From the NCBI GenBank assembly GCA_049970055.1, contig JBMFNR010000004.1:1-64000 (forward strand): 64,000 nucleotides of DNA, written 5' to 3'. The notes beneath the pieces were generated by a model. The model was not told the DNA's origin. It saw only the letters and a program-made list of their open reading frames with translations, and did not search any database. The DNA comes from Fervidobacterium sp. GTDB taxonomy: Bacteria; Thermotogota; Thermotogae; Thermotogales; Fervidobacteriaceae. The stretch's first letter is position 1; each line of letters starts with the position of its first letter. Shown one piece after another: positions 1 through 10,164 of the stretch. The position numbers and the translations under genes are program-made.

Positions 1-2
1 TT

Positions 3-1955
3 ATGGATGACAACCAAGTGAAAGAGTACAAGCTTAAATACGATGGAGAACAAAGTTATATGATTAGTGAACTTTTAAAAGAGCTCGATGATGAGCAAAA
101 GGTTGCTGTTGTTAAATCGGATGGTAAGTCAGTTGTTGTAGCTGGTCCTGGGAGTGGAAAAACGCGTGTCATAACTTACAAAATTGCCTATCTACTTTTA
201 AATGGAGTTAGATCATCTGATATTTTGCTTGTCACATTTACACGCGCAGCTGCACGTGAAATGATCGAGAGGGCTCAGAAGGTGACAAAGAGAGATTTAT
301 CCGACATGATGGCCGGCACGTTCCATCATGTGTGTAATCTACTTTTGAGAAAATATGGAACCTCAATTGGCTTAAAGCCAAACTTCACGATCTTAGACGA
401 AGAAGATGCAAAAGATCTAATGAAGATGGTAAGGAGTAGATATGTTACTTCCAAGTCGATGAGTAAGGTTTTGCCAACGCACAGTGAACTTTACTCTATT
501 TACTCATATATGAGTAACACACTGCAAACACCATACGAAGTTGTTATCAAACGTGCAAGAAGATGGAGATGGATACAATTTATCGACGTTATTGAAAAGA
601 TCTTTGAAGAATATTCGATAGCAAAGCAAAAGCAAAATGTTCTTGATTACGATGATTTATTATTGAAAACATTGCAGATGCTTGAAGATAGTGAAAAAAT
701 AAGAGAAGATATCTCGGCGAGATTTAGATGGATTCTGGTCGATGAGTTTCAAGATACAAACATCGTTCAATTAAAAATTGTTCAATTACTATCTCAAGTG
801 CATGGTAACTTGTTCGTGGTTGCAGATGATGCGCAAAGTATCTATTCGTTTAGGGGCGCCCGCTTTGAAAATATCAAAGAAATAATGGAGGGAGCGAAAG
901 TTTTTAAAATACAGACAAATTACAGAAGTACAGACAAGATAATAGATTTAGTTAATTTTATGATCCCAACCAACTCGGTGCCTAAAAAACTGAGGGCTGT
1001 TCGGGAAAGTGCTCAGAAACCTGTCGTTGTGAACACATATGATCACTTCGATGAAGCAAGCTTTGTAGGTCAGAGGATAAAGGAACTCGTTGACGAGGGC
1101 TTTGAATATAACGATATTGCCGTTTTGTACCGCATACATGCACATTCTCTTGAATTACAAGTTGAACTTGCTAAAAGAAATATACCGTTCAAAATTTTAT
1201 CAGGACTTCGTTTCACTGAAACTGCCCACGTTAAGGATGTTATGGCTTTTCTAAAGATCCTTGTGAATCCGTACGACTCAATTTCTTGGTTCAGAGTTTT
1301 GAAGTTACTTGACAACGTTGGAACTGTTACAGCAGCACAAATTGTTAATTTTATTATCTTTGAAAATGAAAGCTCATTTTCACCAATAGATACTTTCCTA
1401 AAATTGAGAATTAAGAGCTCAAACGTTGATTTATTTAAAAAAGCAATTTCTGATTCGCTTAATGAACCACCGAAAGTACAGATAAAAAATTTCTATGACT
1501 TTCTTTACAAAGAGATTTTGGAATCCGAATACACGGACTTCATCGACAGAGAAGAAGACATCAAGAGATTGATAGAAATGGCAAGTTTTTATGATACAAC
1601 GGAGAATTTTTTGAATGAAATCTTACTGTCAGAAGATGTACGCCGTGTTGATACCTCTGAAGAACTTGGAAGAGTTACGCTTACAACTGTCCATCAGGCT
1701 AAAGGTCTCGAATGGAAAGTAGTTTTCGTTATCGGAGTTAACCCCGGTGATTTTCCTCATTCCTTGGCTTTTATGGACAATACCTTGGATGAGGAAGAAA
1801 GGTTATTTTACGTTGCCATCACACGAGCCAAAGATATTTTATACATAACTCATTCGGTTTTACGGCGTCGGGAAAATTATTGGAATAATACAATAAAAAA
1901 AGATTTCATCAGAGATATACCTCCTCAATTGGTTGAGTTTTGGAGGGTAAGATGA
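3..1955 (+). CDS. UvrD/PcrA/Rep family SF1 ATP-dependent DNA helicase
   Basis: Walker A AGPGSGKT, DEFQDTN, DDAQSIYSFRGA, QTNYRS, TVHQAKGLEW and EERLFYVAITRA motifs. Confidence 0.95.
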   Translation: MDDNQVKEYKLKYDGEQSYMISELLKELDDEQKVAVVKSDGKSVVVAGPGSGKTRVITYKIAYLLLNGVRSSDILLVTFTRAAAREMIERAQKVTKRDLSDMMAGTFHHVCNLLLRKYGTSIGLKPNFTILDEEDAKDLMKMVRSRYVTSKSMSKVLPTHSELYSIYSYMSNTLQTPYEVVIKRARRWRWIQFIDVIEKIFEEYSIAKQKQNVLDYDDLLLKTLQMLEDSEKIREDISARFRWILVDEFQDTNIVQLKIVQLLSQVHGNLFVVADDAQSIYSFRGARFENIKEIMEGAKVFKIQTNYRSTDKIIDLVNFMIPTNSVPKKLRAVRESAQKPVVVNTYDHFDEASFVGQRIKELVDEGFEYNDIAVLYRIHAHSLELQVELAKRNIPFKILSGLRFTETAHVKDVMAFLKILVNPYDSISWFRVLKLLDNVGTVTAAQIVNFIIFENESSFSPIDTFLKLRIKSSNVDLFKKAISDSLNEPPKVQIKNFYDFLYKEILESEYTDFIDREEDIKRLIEMASFYDTTENFLNEILLSEDVRRVDTSEELGRVTLTTVHQAKGLEWKVVFVIGVNPGDFPHSLAFMDNTLDEEERLFYVAITRAKDILYITHSVLRRRENYWNNTIKKDFIRDIPPQLVEFWRVR

Positions 1956-1962
1956 TTATAAG

Positions 1963-2739
1963 ATGAAATGGTTCATTGGGACGAGCGGATTTTCGTTTGA
2001 TGATTGGGTAGGAACGGTGTATCCCAATGGTATTAAGAAAAGTGAAATGTTTACGTACTATTGGCAACATTATGGGTTCAACAGTGTTGAATTAAATTTC
2101 ACGTTTTACACGATGCCTTCACCGAAAACACTTGTGAATTTAGTTCGGAGAGCACCTATGGGGTTTAAATTTTCTATAAAAATACATGGTTCTATAACGC
2201 ACGACAAAGTTCTCGAAAATCTACCTGATTTTTTTAAATCGTGTAGGATTGTGAAAGATGAAGGAAGGCTCATTGGTTATCTCGCACAATTTCCGTACAG
2301 TTTTAAGAACAGCTTAGAAAATAGAGATTATCTTTTGCAACTAATCGACAGTTTTCTTGGTGAGGAGCTCTTCATCGAATTCAGACATGAGAGTTGGACT
2401 CAGTGGTTAGATAATTTTAGAAATTACGAAAATGTTCACCTGGTGATACCGGACTTACCTAAAATTAGTGGTTTATTTCCGCTGGTTAAAAGTGATAGTA
2501 AAATTGTTTATCTAAGACTTCATGGAAGAAAAGAAAGGTGGTTTAACGCAGACGAAAAAACAAGATACGACTATAACTATTCTGATGAAGAGTTAAAAGG
2601 AATAATACCGGTAGTCTTTCCAGAGAATTTACAAAAAGCTTTTGTTTTTTTCAACAATTGCTATCGTGGACAAGCTTTGCAAAACGCTCAAAAATTCAGA
2701 GAGCTCGTGGGGGGAGAAAAAGTTGGGATTTTTTTCTAA
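1963..2739 (+). CDS. DUF72 (YecE-like) family protein
   Basis: IGTSGFS, VELNFTFY, EFRHESW, YLRLHGR, YDYNYS and FFNN motifs typical of DUF72. Confidence 0.9.
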   Translation: MKWFIGTSGFSFDDWVGTVYPNGIKKSEMFTYYWQHYGFNSVELNFTFYTMPSPKTLVNLVRRAPMGFKFSIKIHGSITHDKVLENLPDFFKSCRIVKDEGRLIGYLAQFPYSFKNSLENRDYLLQLIDSFLGEELFIEFRHESWTQWLDNFRNYENVHLVIPDLPKISGLFPLVKSDSKIVYLRLHGRKERWFNADEKTRYDYNYSDEELKGIIPVVFPENLQKAFVFFNNCYRGQALQNAQKFRELVGGEKVGIFF

Positions 2740-3358
2740 TCGTAATGAACGTAATGGAAGTTACGCTGGTCAAAATACTACAGAGAGTAAGTGGAAAGAT
2801 GAAAAGGTTTTGGTACGCGCACTTTCAAAGGGTAATGAGGAAGCTTATAGATTTCTTTACAGAGTTTACGCACCAAAGATAGGTGCGCTCGTAAAAAGTT
2901 ACCTTGGGGTTGATGACATAGATGATGTGGTTCAGGAAGTCTTTTTGAGAATATACAAGAGTATTAAAAAATTCCGAGGCGACTCTAAATTATCAACATG
3001 GATTTATAGAATAGCTCTCAACGTGTGCAACAATATATATAGGAAAATGAAAAACAGAGGTCTAACTCTCGATTTGACTGAAGCGTGTGATGATGAAGAT
3101 TATTCAATTCAGTATCCTACCGATGAAGATGTCCAAAAGAATGTAACGGATGAGTTAATGTACGAAAAACTGCGAAAAGTATTGGACACACTTTCTCCAG
3201 AAGATAGAGCAATTTTGTTTATGAAAGAACTCGATGGCTTAACTTACGAAGAGATAGGCAATATTCTTGAGAAACCAGAAGGGACGATCAAGAGCCGGCT
3301 ACATTACATTAAAGATAAAATTAGGAAAGCTCTTGAGGAGGTTGTGTCAGATGAGTGA
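2723..3358 (+). CDS. ECF (sigma-24/RpoE-type) RNA polymerase sigma factor
   Basis: Region 2 DDVVQEVFLRIY...STWIYRIALN and region 4 GLTYEEIGNILEKPEGTIKSRL. Probable TTG start at 2723 after a G-rich SD, in frame with ORF 2642. Confidence 0.92.
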   Translation: MGFFSNRNERNGSYAGQNTTESKWKDEKVLVRALSKGNEEAYRFLYRVYAPKIGALVKSYLGVDDIDDVVQEVFLRIYKSIKKFRGDSKLSTWIYRIALNVCNNIYRKMKNRGLTLDLTEACDDEDYSIQYPTDEDVQKNVTDELMYEKLRKVLDTLSPEDRAILFMKELDGLTYEEIGNILEKPEGTIKSRLHYIKDKIRKALEEVVSDE

Positions 3359-3770
3359 AAAGAAAGGTAAACATTTTTCATACTATTTAAGATTGCTGAA
3401 GACTGCTTCGATAGATTTTAGTTATAAGCCGGGGCCTATTATGGAAGAAAAAATTATAAGAAGTATAAAAAGGCAAAGGTTTGCGAAAAGAATTTACAGA
3501 GCAGCGATTATTGCGCTTTTTGTTGTAATAATATTTTTCTTGGGGGCTGGGGATTTGAGATTCGATATTTTCAAACGTTTCCATTTGATTAGAAATACTC
3601 ACTCTCTTGCTATTGATAATCAGGTAGGTAATTTTAGTCTTAATTTAGATAAGAAAACTCCAAGTATTGAAAGTGGTCTAAAAATTTCTGATAAAGTTTC
3701 TAATGATGAATCCGACCGTATGTTTAAGATGATTAAGTACGTTGTGATCGCTAATGACGGAGGTTGGTAA
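3351..3770 (+). CDS. Single-pass membrane protein, putative anti-sigma factor
   Basis: ATG 3351 after GAGGAGG overlaps the end of the sigma gene. One TM helix (AAIIALFVVIIFFLG). Function inferred from position only. Confidence 0.55.
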   Translation: MSEKKGKHFSYYLRLLKTASIDFSYKPGPIMEEKIIRSIKRQRFAKRIYRAAIIALFVVIIFFLGAGDLRFDIFKRFHLIRNTHSLAIDNQVGNFSLNLDKKTPSIESGLKISDKVSNDESDRMFKMIKYVVIANDGGW

Positions 3771-3815
3771 GAATTTGGATAAAAATTTCAAAAGTCTATA
3801 TTGGGTGGGAAAAGG

Positions 3816-4541
3816 ATGAAAATGTTGATAAAAAAATCTTTGGTAATCGCTTTTTTACTAATTTCGAGACTTTACTTTTCCGATGGGTACTATGTGCGTA
3901 TGGTTTATGAAAGGAGTAAATTAGGAACGTTTATGCGTTCTGAGGAAGTTTATGAATCGGGTGATGTTATTAAGGTCGTAAATGTTACGATGCCAGAGAA
4001 TTTTACATGGGTGAAGGTCAAGGACAAATGGTACATAGGTGATTCCAATGTTTTAAACAGAACATTCCCGATAAAAGATTTACTTGATATCGCAACAGAG
4101 TATGTAAAAAACAAAAGGCTTGATATATCCCGGGATGGTGTGTACAAGTTCACAGAAGATTTTTTTTCAATTGAAATATTTGTAGTAGACAGTGAGATAA
4201 TAAGGGTTACAAGAACAGTGGGCGATGTAACAACAACAATGTATATAAACAAGTTCCCAAAACAATTTGATATCAACAGTATTCTTTCAAAATATAAATT
4301 TGTTGAACGAAGTCCTATACCAGACGAGCTTTTTGCGATATTTAAGCTTTTCTTATGGTCAAATGTTTCTGAAGGGAAAGATTCTTTAAAAATCACTGGA
4401 TACGATAGAGACGGCAAGCCTTTAGAACTAGAGATAAATACAAAAAGTGGAGATTTCAAGGTTGGTAGCTACTACCTAAGGGTTTTAAAAGCAACTGATA
4501 GTACATTGAAGGAGCTAAAGAATGCGTTGCGTGGTAATTGA
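3816..4541 (+). CDS. Hypothetical exported protein
   Basis: 246-aa ORF 3801..4541 with a signal-like N-terminus MKMLIKKSLVIAFLLISRLYFS; beta-rich. Confidence 0.6.
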   Translation: MKMLIKKSLVIAFLLISRLYFSDGYYVRMVYERSKLGTFMRSEEVYESGDVIKVVNVTMPENFTWVKVKDKWYIGDSNVLNRTFPIKDLLDIATEYVKNKRLDISRDGVYKFTEDFFSIEIFVVDSEIIRVTRTVGDVTTTMYINKFPKQFDINSILSKYKFVERSPIPDELFAIFKLFLWSNVSEGKDSLKITGYDRDGKPLELEINTKSGDFKVGSYYLRVLKATDSTLKELKNALRGN

Positions 4542-6114
4542 TGGATATGTTGATGAGCCTGCTGTTTTAGGTGTACCACCTTACATAAGTACATATGTCC
4601 GCTATGTTGCTGGGCTTTTTCTCTTGAAGGGTTTTGAAGTAGATTATTATACGATTGATCAAGTACGTGCCAATGATATGTGGCACGTTTTTTCTGCGTA
4701 TGATACTATGGTAATCGTTGGGGGATTGACTGTTCCCGGAAAGTACGTTGGGGGGACACCAATTACTCCTGATGAAGTTGGTAAAATTTTTGAATTGAAC
4801 AGAAAACCTTACAGAATACTGATTGGTGCAATAGGTAAGGCGTTTTCTAACAAAGGTGGTACGTTAGCAAAGCAAATAAATTTTGAAGTTGAAGAAGTTA
4901 TAGATGATTTTTCAGCATGGATTTCTCAGGAGTTACAGGAAGATTATTTGACCAGTATAAGAAATGCGTCTATTACAGGTGCTCAAATTGTTAAGATGCA
5001 TCCACGCTATCCAAATATAATAGCTGAAGTAGAAGTTTCCTTAGGATGCGAAAGAAGAACATTCTGCACATTTTGCACAGAACCTCTGTTACATCAAAAA
5101 TTTTTTTCTAGACCTGTGAAGAATATTGTTGATGAGATAAAGGCCTTATATGAAAATGGTGTAAAAGCATTCAGGTTAGGCAGGAGCGCAAATATAATAG
5201 CTTATGGAAGTGATTTCAACGGAGGTTCCATAAATCCAGACGCAATAGAAGAGCTTTATGCGGGAATCAGAAGCTCTTGTAGTAATATAAGCGTTTTACA
5301 CACTGACAATGCTAACCCTGCATATATTGCTAGAAATATCGATAAGTCGGTTAGAGTTTTGGAAACAATTGTAAAATACAATACTTCTGGAGATATTTTA
5401 TCATTTGGAGTTGAGTCTTTCGATGAAACAGTGAGGAAGAAGAACAATATAGATGGTACAGTCGAAGATGTGGATTTGGCAGTTAAAATTGTTAATGAAG
5501 TTGGGAGTTTTAGAGACGAGTACGGAATCCCAAAATTATTACCGGGAATAAATCTTATTTTTGGTCTTTTTGGTGAGACGAAAAAGACATACGAAATAAA
5601 TTACCAAAAATTACTTAAGTATTTAGAAGACGGTATCTTGATAAGAAGGATAAATCTTAGACAAATCATGATTTTTCCAGAAACTCCGCTTTTTTATCTT
5701 GCGAAAAGGAAAAATATAAAACCAGACAAGAGACTATTTGAACATTATAAGTATTTAATTAGAACTAACGTTGATACACCGATGCTTAGAAAAGTTTTTC
5801 CCGTCGGTACTGTTATAAAACATGTGATTCCAGAATTTGTTGAAGGTAAAACAACTTTTGGCAGACCACTCGGTACATATCCTATACTTGTTGGTGTGCC
5901 TGCCAAATTTTCCAAACCGGTTGATGTTGTGGTCGTCGGGCATGGGCAACGTTCTTTAACGGGTGTAAGGCTTACGAATTTAAGTAATCTCACAGTTGAT
6001 GAACTCCAAAGTATCCCCGGGATTGGTAAAAAGAACGCACTAAGGATAAAACGCGGTGATTTTTCCACGTTAGATGAAAATACTCAAAACTTTTTAAAAA
6101 ATAGATTTCGTTAA
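4522..6114 (+). CDS. Radical SAM protein with C-terminal helix-hairpin-helix (COG1031-like)
   Basis: N-terminal IDGYVDEPAVLGVPPYI, cysteine motif CERRTFCTFC, C-terminal LQSIPGIGKK HhH. Confidence 0.85.
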   Translation: MRCVVIDGYVDEPAVLGVPPYISTYVRYVAGLFLLKGFEVDYYTIDQVRANDMWHVFSAYDTMVIVGGLTVPGKYVGGTPITPDEVGKIFELNRKPYRILIGAIGKAFSNKGGTLAKQINFEVEEVIDDFSAWISQELQEDYLTSIRNASITGAQIVKMHPRYPNIIAEVEVSLGCERRTFCTFCTEPLLHQKFFSRPVKNIVDEIKALYENGVKAFRLGRSANIIAYGSDFNGGSINPDAIEELYAGIRSSCSNISVLHTDNANPAYIARNIDKSVRVLETIVKYNTSGDILSFGVESFDETVRKKNNIDGTVEDVDLAVKIVNEVGSFRDEYGIPKLLPGINLIFGLFGETKKTYEINYQKLLKYLEDGILIRRINLRQIMIFPETPLFYLAKRKNIKPDKRLFEHYKYLIRTNVDTPMLRKVFPVGTVIKHVIPEFVEGKTTFGRPLGTYPILVGVPAKFSKPVDVVVVGHGQRSLTGVRLTNLSNLTVDELQSIPGIGKKNALRIKRGDFSTLDENTQNFLKNRFR

Positions 6115-6125
6115 ATGAAAAGTTT

Positions 6126-6134
6126 TGGTATAAT
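6126..6134 (+). promoter_or_regulatory. Extended -10 promoter element upstream of the SLH/coiled-coil gene
   Basis: TGGTATAAT (TGn-TATAAT) about 35 nt upstream of ATG 6169. Confidence 0.55.
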
Positions 6135-6168
6135 AACGCTAGAATCAATTCACATAGGGGGGATAGAA

Positions 6169-9120
6169 ATGGGAAACTGGATACTATTTATTGCATCGCT
6201 TTTATTGGTATTGATAGTACCCGTAGGTTTAGCCGATGCCTACAAAGATGTTCCTTCATCACATTGGGCGTATGATGCCGTTGAGACATTAAGTAGAATA
6301 GGGGTAATTACAGGTTTTCCCGACGGTACTTTCAGGGGTAACGAAATGGTTACGCGATTTCAGATAGCCATCCTTATGTATAAATTCTACAACATTTTTG
6401 ATTCACGCATTACAGAGCTAAATCAAAGGCTCTCGAATATTGAAGCAAAAGTGTTGACAGCAGACACAAAAACGAGCCTAGTTCCTTCTCAGTCCAAAGA
6501 TTTCTCTTCCGACATTGCCTCTCTAAAAGTTTCCATTGAATCCCTATCAAAAGATGTAAGCAAAATTATATCAGATATTAAAAGCCTTTCTGACAGTATA
6601 TCAAAACTCTCGACAAGTACAAGTGAAAGTAAAGCAAATTATGAAAACCTGAAGAAAAGTGTCGATGAAAGCAACGCAAAATATTCGACTTTGTTGAAAA
6701 AGGTGGAAGACCTGCAATCTAGCTATAACTCTATAAAAACATCCTTATCGACCCTTGAACAAAAAGTGAGTAATACCGAAGCATCTTTAAACTCTAACAT
6801 TGCAAGGCTGGACTCGTCCATCCAAAGTTTAAAAGACGAAATAGCCAAGCTAGAAAGAAATAACAGCCAAGATCTCTCAGATAAAGTTGATTATCTGGAA
6901 GAGCAACTAGCAGTTTTGAAATCGCTAAAACAAGAGACTGATATAATTAAAGCAGAAATTGCTTCCATTAAAGAAGGATTAAAGAAGTTAAATATACCCG
7001 TAAGTGAAATTTCTACTCCTTCTTCAGCTAAGTCAACTGAGAATGATGCAAAAAGTGTCTTACCTGTTGCAACAATGGAAAATGAGTTAGATTATGTTTT
7101 CAGTTCTGTCGAAAATTTAAGACAGAACATTTTATCACTTGTCGAATCACTCAAAGATACCGTAAAAATAGATGAATACCAGAAAGTGCTCGACGAAATA
7201 AGGAATGAAATGGACAGTATAAACACTAAAATAAAATATCTATTCGATAGTGATGAACAATTGAAAGAAAAGCTGAATTCAATAGTATCCCAAATGAGAG
7301 AAATGGTTGCCCAAGTTGAAACCGGTATTTCACAAGAAAAGTCAACGATAAAAACAGTTCCATTGGAGGATGTGAAGCAAAGAAGTGAAATTTTGAAGAG
7401 TGTAATTGAAGAGGTAAAGTCTGAAGTGTACGCTTCCGCAGAGTTTAAAGCCCTTATAGCTTCTTTAAGTAAGCTTTCAGAACTTGAGAGTAAATTCGTA
7501 GAAATATCGAATAGACTTGATATAATCGAGCAAAAGATCAAGACTCAAAATGATTCGTTGCTTGCTGATGAGATTGAAAAGGTAAAACAAAACGTGAAGT
7601 CTTTAAAGGATGCTGTTGAACAGTTAAAAAGTGTTTCTGTGAGTGATGAAAATATCCAATCAATTTTACAAAGGCTAGATTCACAGGATAAAAATATAAA
7701 AACTCTTTTACATAGCGTTGAGGAACTTTCACAAAAGATAAGTATGATAGATGAGAAGTTTAACAATCTTGCGCATGATAGTTTAAAAGAAGCACGGCAA
7801 GTCTCGGTAACTACGTCCACACAATATGATGCGACAATTAATGAAATAAAAGGTAAATTAGCCAAAGTTGACGAAGAATTACAAAAGAAAGCGAGTATTG
7901 CACAGATTAACTCTGTGAACCAAAGCGTCCAAAAAGTACTTTCAATGGTTTTAGATTTGAGTAATGAAGTTAAGAATCTCAGTTCACAAATAAACGCTCT
8001 TTCTTCAACTAAGGACTCTTCAGGTAGTTCAAACGATGTGAATACTCTTAAAGAAATAATAGAGATAATCGGAAGTAAGATAGATAGTCTAAACGAGGAA
8101 CAAGCAAAAGTAAATGAAACAATAAAACAATTAATGGAACAGTTAGAACTACTCAAATCGGAAATAAAAAGGCAAAGTGAATTTGAAGTGTATAAGGAAT
8201 TGGAAAATTCAATGCGCTTGATACAGCAAGAAACGGAAAATCTAAAAATAACATATAAGCAACTTTCACAGGAGATGAATCAATTTGCTAAGAAAGAAGA
8301 GACAGATTCTCTTTGGATGAAAGTAGAAGTTCAAGAAAAGAATATAAATGAATTATCAAAGAGTATAAATGATATTAAATCAGGGTTAGAAAATATAATT
8401 TTCGGCTTTAATGAACACTTTGAGAGGTTTGACACCTCTTTGAATCAGATGACAGACAATCTCAACGGCTTGGTCTCAAGTGTTGAAAATTACAACAAGT
8501 TGGTTGAGAATGTAAAAAACGATATTGCGGTCCTTTGTGAAAAGTATGACCAAGTGGAAAGCGAAATTGGTAATGCAAAAGTTCACGTTGAGGATATCGA
8601 AAAAAGACTAAAGGAAGCTGAGAAGCAAGTTTCGCAGATAATTTCTGAAGATTTTATCAAAGGAATCGTTTCGAAGGATATGTTTGAAACAGCATTAAAT
8701 GATCTTAAAGCGTACGTAGATGAAAAAATTAACACGTACGAAGCAAAACTCACTGCATATATCGATTCAAAAACAGAAAGTGGCGTTAAAATTATGAAAG
8801 AAGAAATATTAACAAAATTAATGAATACTGAAACGAAGATGTACTCCTTAATAGACGAAAATACAAAGAAAATCAAGGACACTAACGAAGATTTGGAAAG
8901 TACAATGCAAAAGTTGGAAGAATTGGTTACTCGCTTTGACACTTTTTCCTTTGATACAACAAGACAGGCCAGTGAAATACAAAATCGACTGGACGTACTT
9001 GAGAAGCAGTTAGAAACTTTAAAGAAAGAAAAATCGGATTTAGAAAATAGGCAAAATACATTGATCTTGTTGCTCTTAATTGCGATTGGTCTGGGAATTG
9101 CGGGCATCGTAGTTAAGTAA
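6169..9120 (+). CDS. SLH-domain, long coiled-coil, C-terminally membrane-anchored envelope protein (Omp-alpha/OmpA-like toga spacer)
   Basis: Signal peptide, SLH motif YKDVPSSHWAYDAV...GVITGFPDGTFRGNEMVTRFQIA, about 850 aa of heptad-like sequence, C-terminal TM (LILLLLIAIGLGIAGIVVK). Confidence 0.85.
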   Translation: MGNWILFIASLLLVLIVPVGLADAYKDVPSSHWAYDAVETLSRIGVITGFPDGTFRGNEMVTRFQIAILMYKFYNIFDSRITELNQRLSNIEAKVLTADTKTSLVPSQSKDFSSDIASLKVSIESLSKDVSKIISDIKSLSDSISKLSTSTSESKANYENLKKSVDESNAKYSTLLKKVEDLQSSYNSIKTSLSTLEQKVSNTEASLNSNIARLDSSIQSLKDEIAKLERNNSQDLSDKVDYLEEQLAVLKSLKQETDIIKAEIASIKEGLKKLNIPVSEISTPSSAKSTENDAKSVLPVATMENELDYVFSSVENLRQNILSLVESLKDTVKIDEYQKVLDEIRNEMDSINTKIKYLFDSDEQLKEKLNSIVSQMREMVAQVETGISQEKSTIKTVPLEDVKQRSEILKSVIEEVKSEVYASAEFKALIASLSKLSELESKFVEISNRLDIIEQKIKTQNDSLLADEIEKVKQNVKSLKDAVEQLKSVSVSDENIQSILQRLDSQDKNIKTLLHSVEELSQKISMIDEKFNNLAHDSLKEARQVSVTTSTQYDATINEIKGKLAKVDEELQKKASIAQINSVNQSVQKVLSMVLDLSNEVKNLSSQINALSSTKDSSGSSNDVNTLKEIIEIIGSKIDSLNEEQAKVNETIKQLMEQLELLKSEIKRQSEFEVYKELENSMRLIQQETENLKITYKQLSQEMNQFAKKEETDSLWMKVEVQEKNINELSKSINDIKSGLENIIFGFNEHFERFDTSLNQMTDNLNGLVSSVENYNKLVENVKNDIAVLCEKYDQVESEIGNAKVHVEDIEKRLKEAEKQVSQIISEDFIKGIVSKDMFETALNDLKAYVDEKINTYEAKLTAYIDSKTESGVKIMKEEILTKLMNTETKMYSLIDENTKKIKDTNEDLESTMQKLEELVTRFDTFSFDTTRQASEIQNRLDVLEKQLETLKKEKSDLENRQNTLILLLLIAIGLGIAGIVVK

Positions 9121-9141
9121 ATTTCAGGAAGGAGGAATTAT

Positions 9142-10137
9142 TTGTTTTACTATTTCTTCCTAATAAATTTTCGTAATAGATTCTTTCTGGTTATGAATAT
9201 CGTTCTTCCAATCATATTTATGCTTATGTTCGGGGCCATTTTCGGAAAGTCAAGTACAGGCTCCGTTGTTGCTTACTACTCTGATAGAAAAATCGCAGAA
9301 GATGGTACATGGATAAAACTTGATAAAATACCGACAATCGATGAAATAAAAAAATCTAAATTTGACATAGTTATAGTTGCGTATGAAAGTAAAATAAATG
9401 TGTATTACGTTAGTAGTATTTCACGATCAAGTTTAGATGTAGCCATTTTTAGAACAAAGTATGATTCTTCCGAACATGGGAAGAGTGTTATCAAAGTGAA
9501 AGAAAACAAAGTGGAACTTGGAAAAGGACTGAACGAACTTGAATATATAATGATAGGTGTTTTGTCCATTTCACTTTTGTCAGTAGGTATGAACGCAGGG
9601 GTTGGAATTTTCTCTACTTATGTTAGATATGGTTTATTTAAAAAATTTATGGTTACCCCCGTAAATCCGTTAGTGCTTTTATTTAGCTCAATTAACGCTC
9701 AGATTATAACGGGATTATTTTCTTCTTTCATTTTAATAGTATTGGCAAGGCTTGTATTCAGCGTGGATTTATTCGTAAGCTTATCAAAAATACCGATTTA
9801 CTTTGTTGTTGTTTTGTCCTCTGTTATGGTGAATTTAGCGCTTGGGGTTTTACTAAGTTTAATTTTCAAAAAGTCTGCTCAAAGTGTGTCATCTTTTCTT
9901 TACACTATATTTAACTTTTTTTCAGGTGTATACTTTCCATTAGATTTTTTGCCAAAAACAGTAAGATTTGTATCCTATTTTTCAACGCCAAGATATGTTC
10001 ACATGCTATTTCAGAAACTATATGGTATTAATTCAATTGGAAATGTGCCTTTTTTGATTTTAAATATTTTGTTTGTTTTGTCTGGACTGTTGGCAGGTGG
10101 TTATGCTATGAGAAGGTTCTTAACACCATCTGATTGA
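9142..10137 (+). CDS. ABC-2 type transporter permease
   Basis: Multiple TM helices, FFSGVYFPLDFLP motif, adjacent to an ABC ATPase. Confidence 0.85.
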   Translation: MFYYFFLINFRNRFFLVMNIVLPIIFMLMFGAIFGKSSTGSVVAYYSDRKIAEDGTWIKLDKIPTIDEIKKSKFDIVIVAYESKINVYYVSSISRSSLDVAIFRTKYDSSEHGKSVIKVKENKVELGKGLNELEYIMIGVLSISLLSVGMNAGVGIFSTYVRYGLFKKFMVTPVNPLVLLFSSINAQIITGLFSSFILIVLARLVFSVDLFVSLSKIPIYFVVVLSSVMVNLALGVLLSLIFKKSAQSVSSFLYTIFNFFSGVYFPLDFLPKTVRFVSYFSTPRYVHMLFQKLYGINSIGNVPFLILNILFVLSGLLAGGYAMRRFLTPSD

Positions 10138-10164
10138 ACTTGTTAATCTTAGGAGTGTGGTTTT

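Noticed and set aside
561..572. AGATGG tandem duplication giving RWRW in the helicase
   Set aside because: In-frame 6-nt micro-repeat with no evident consequence
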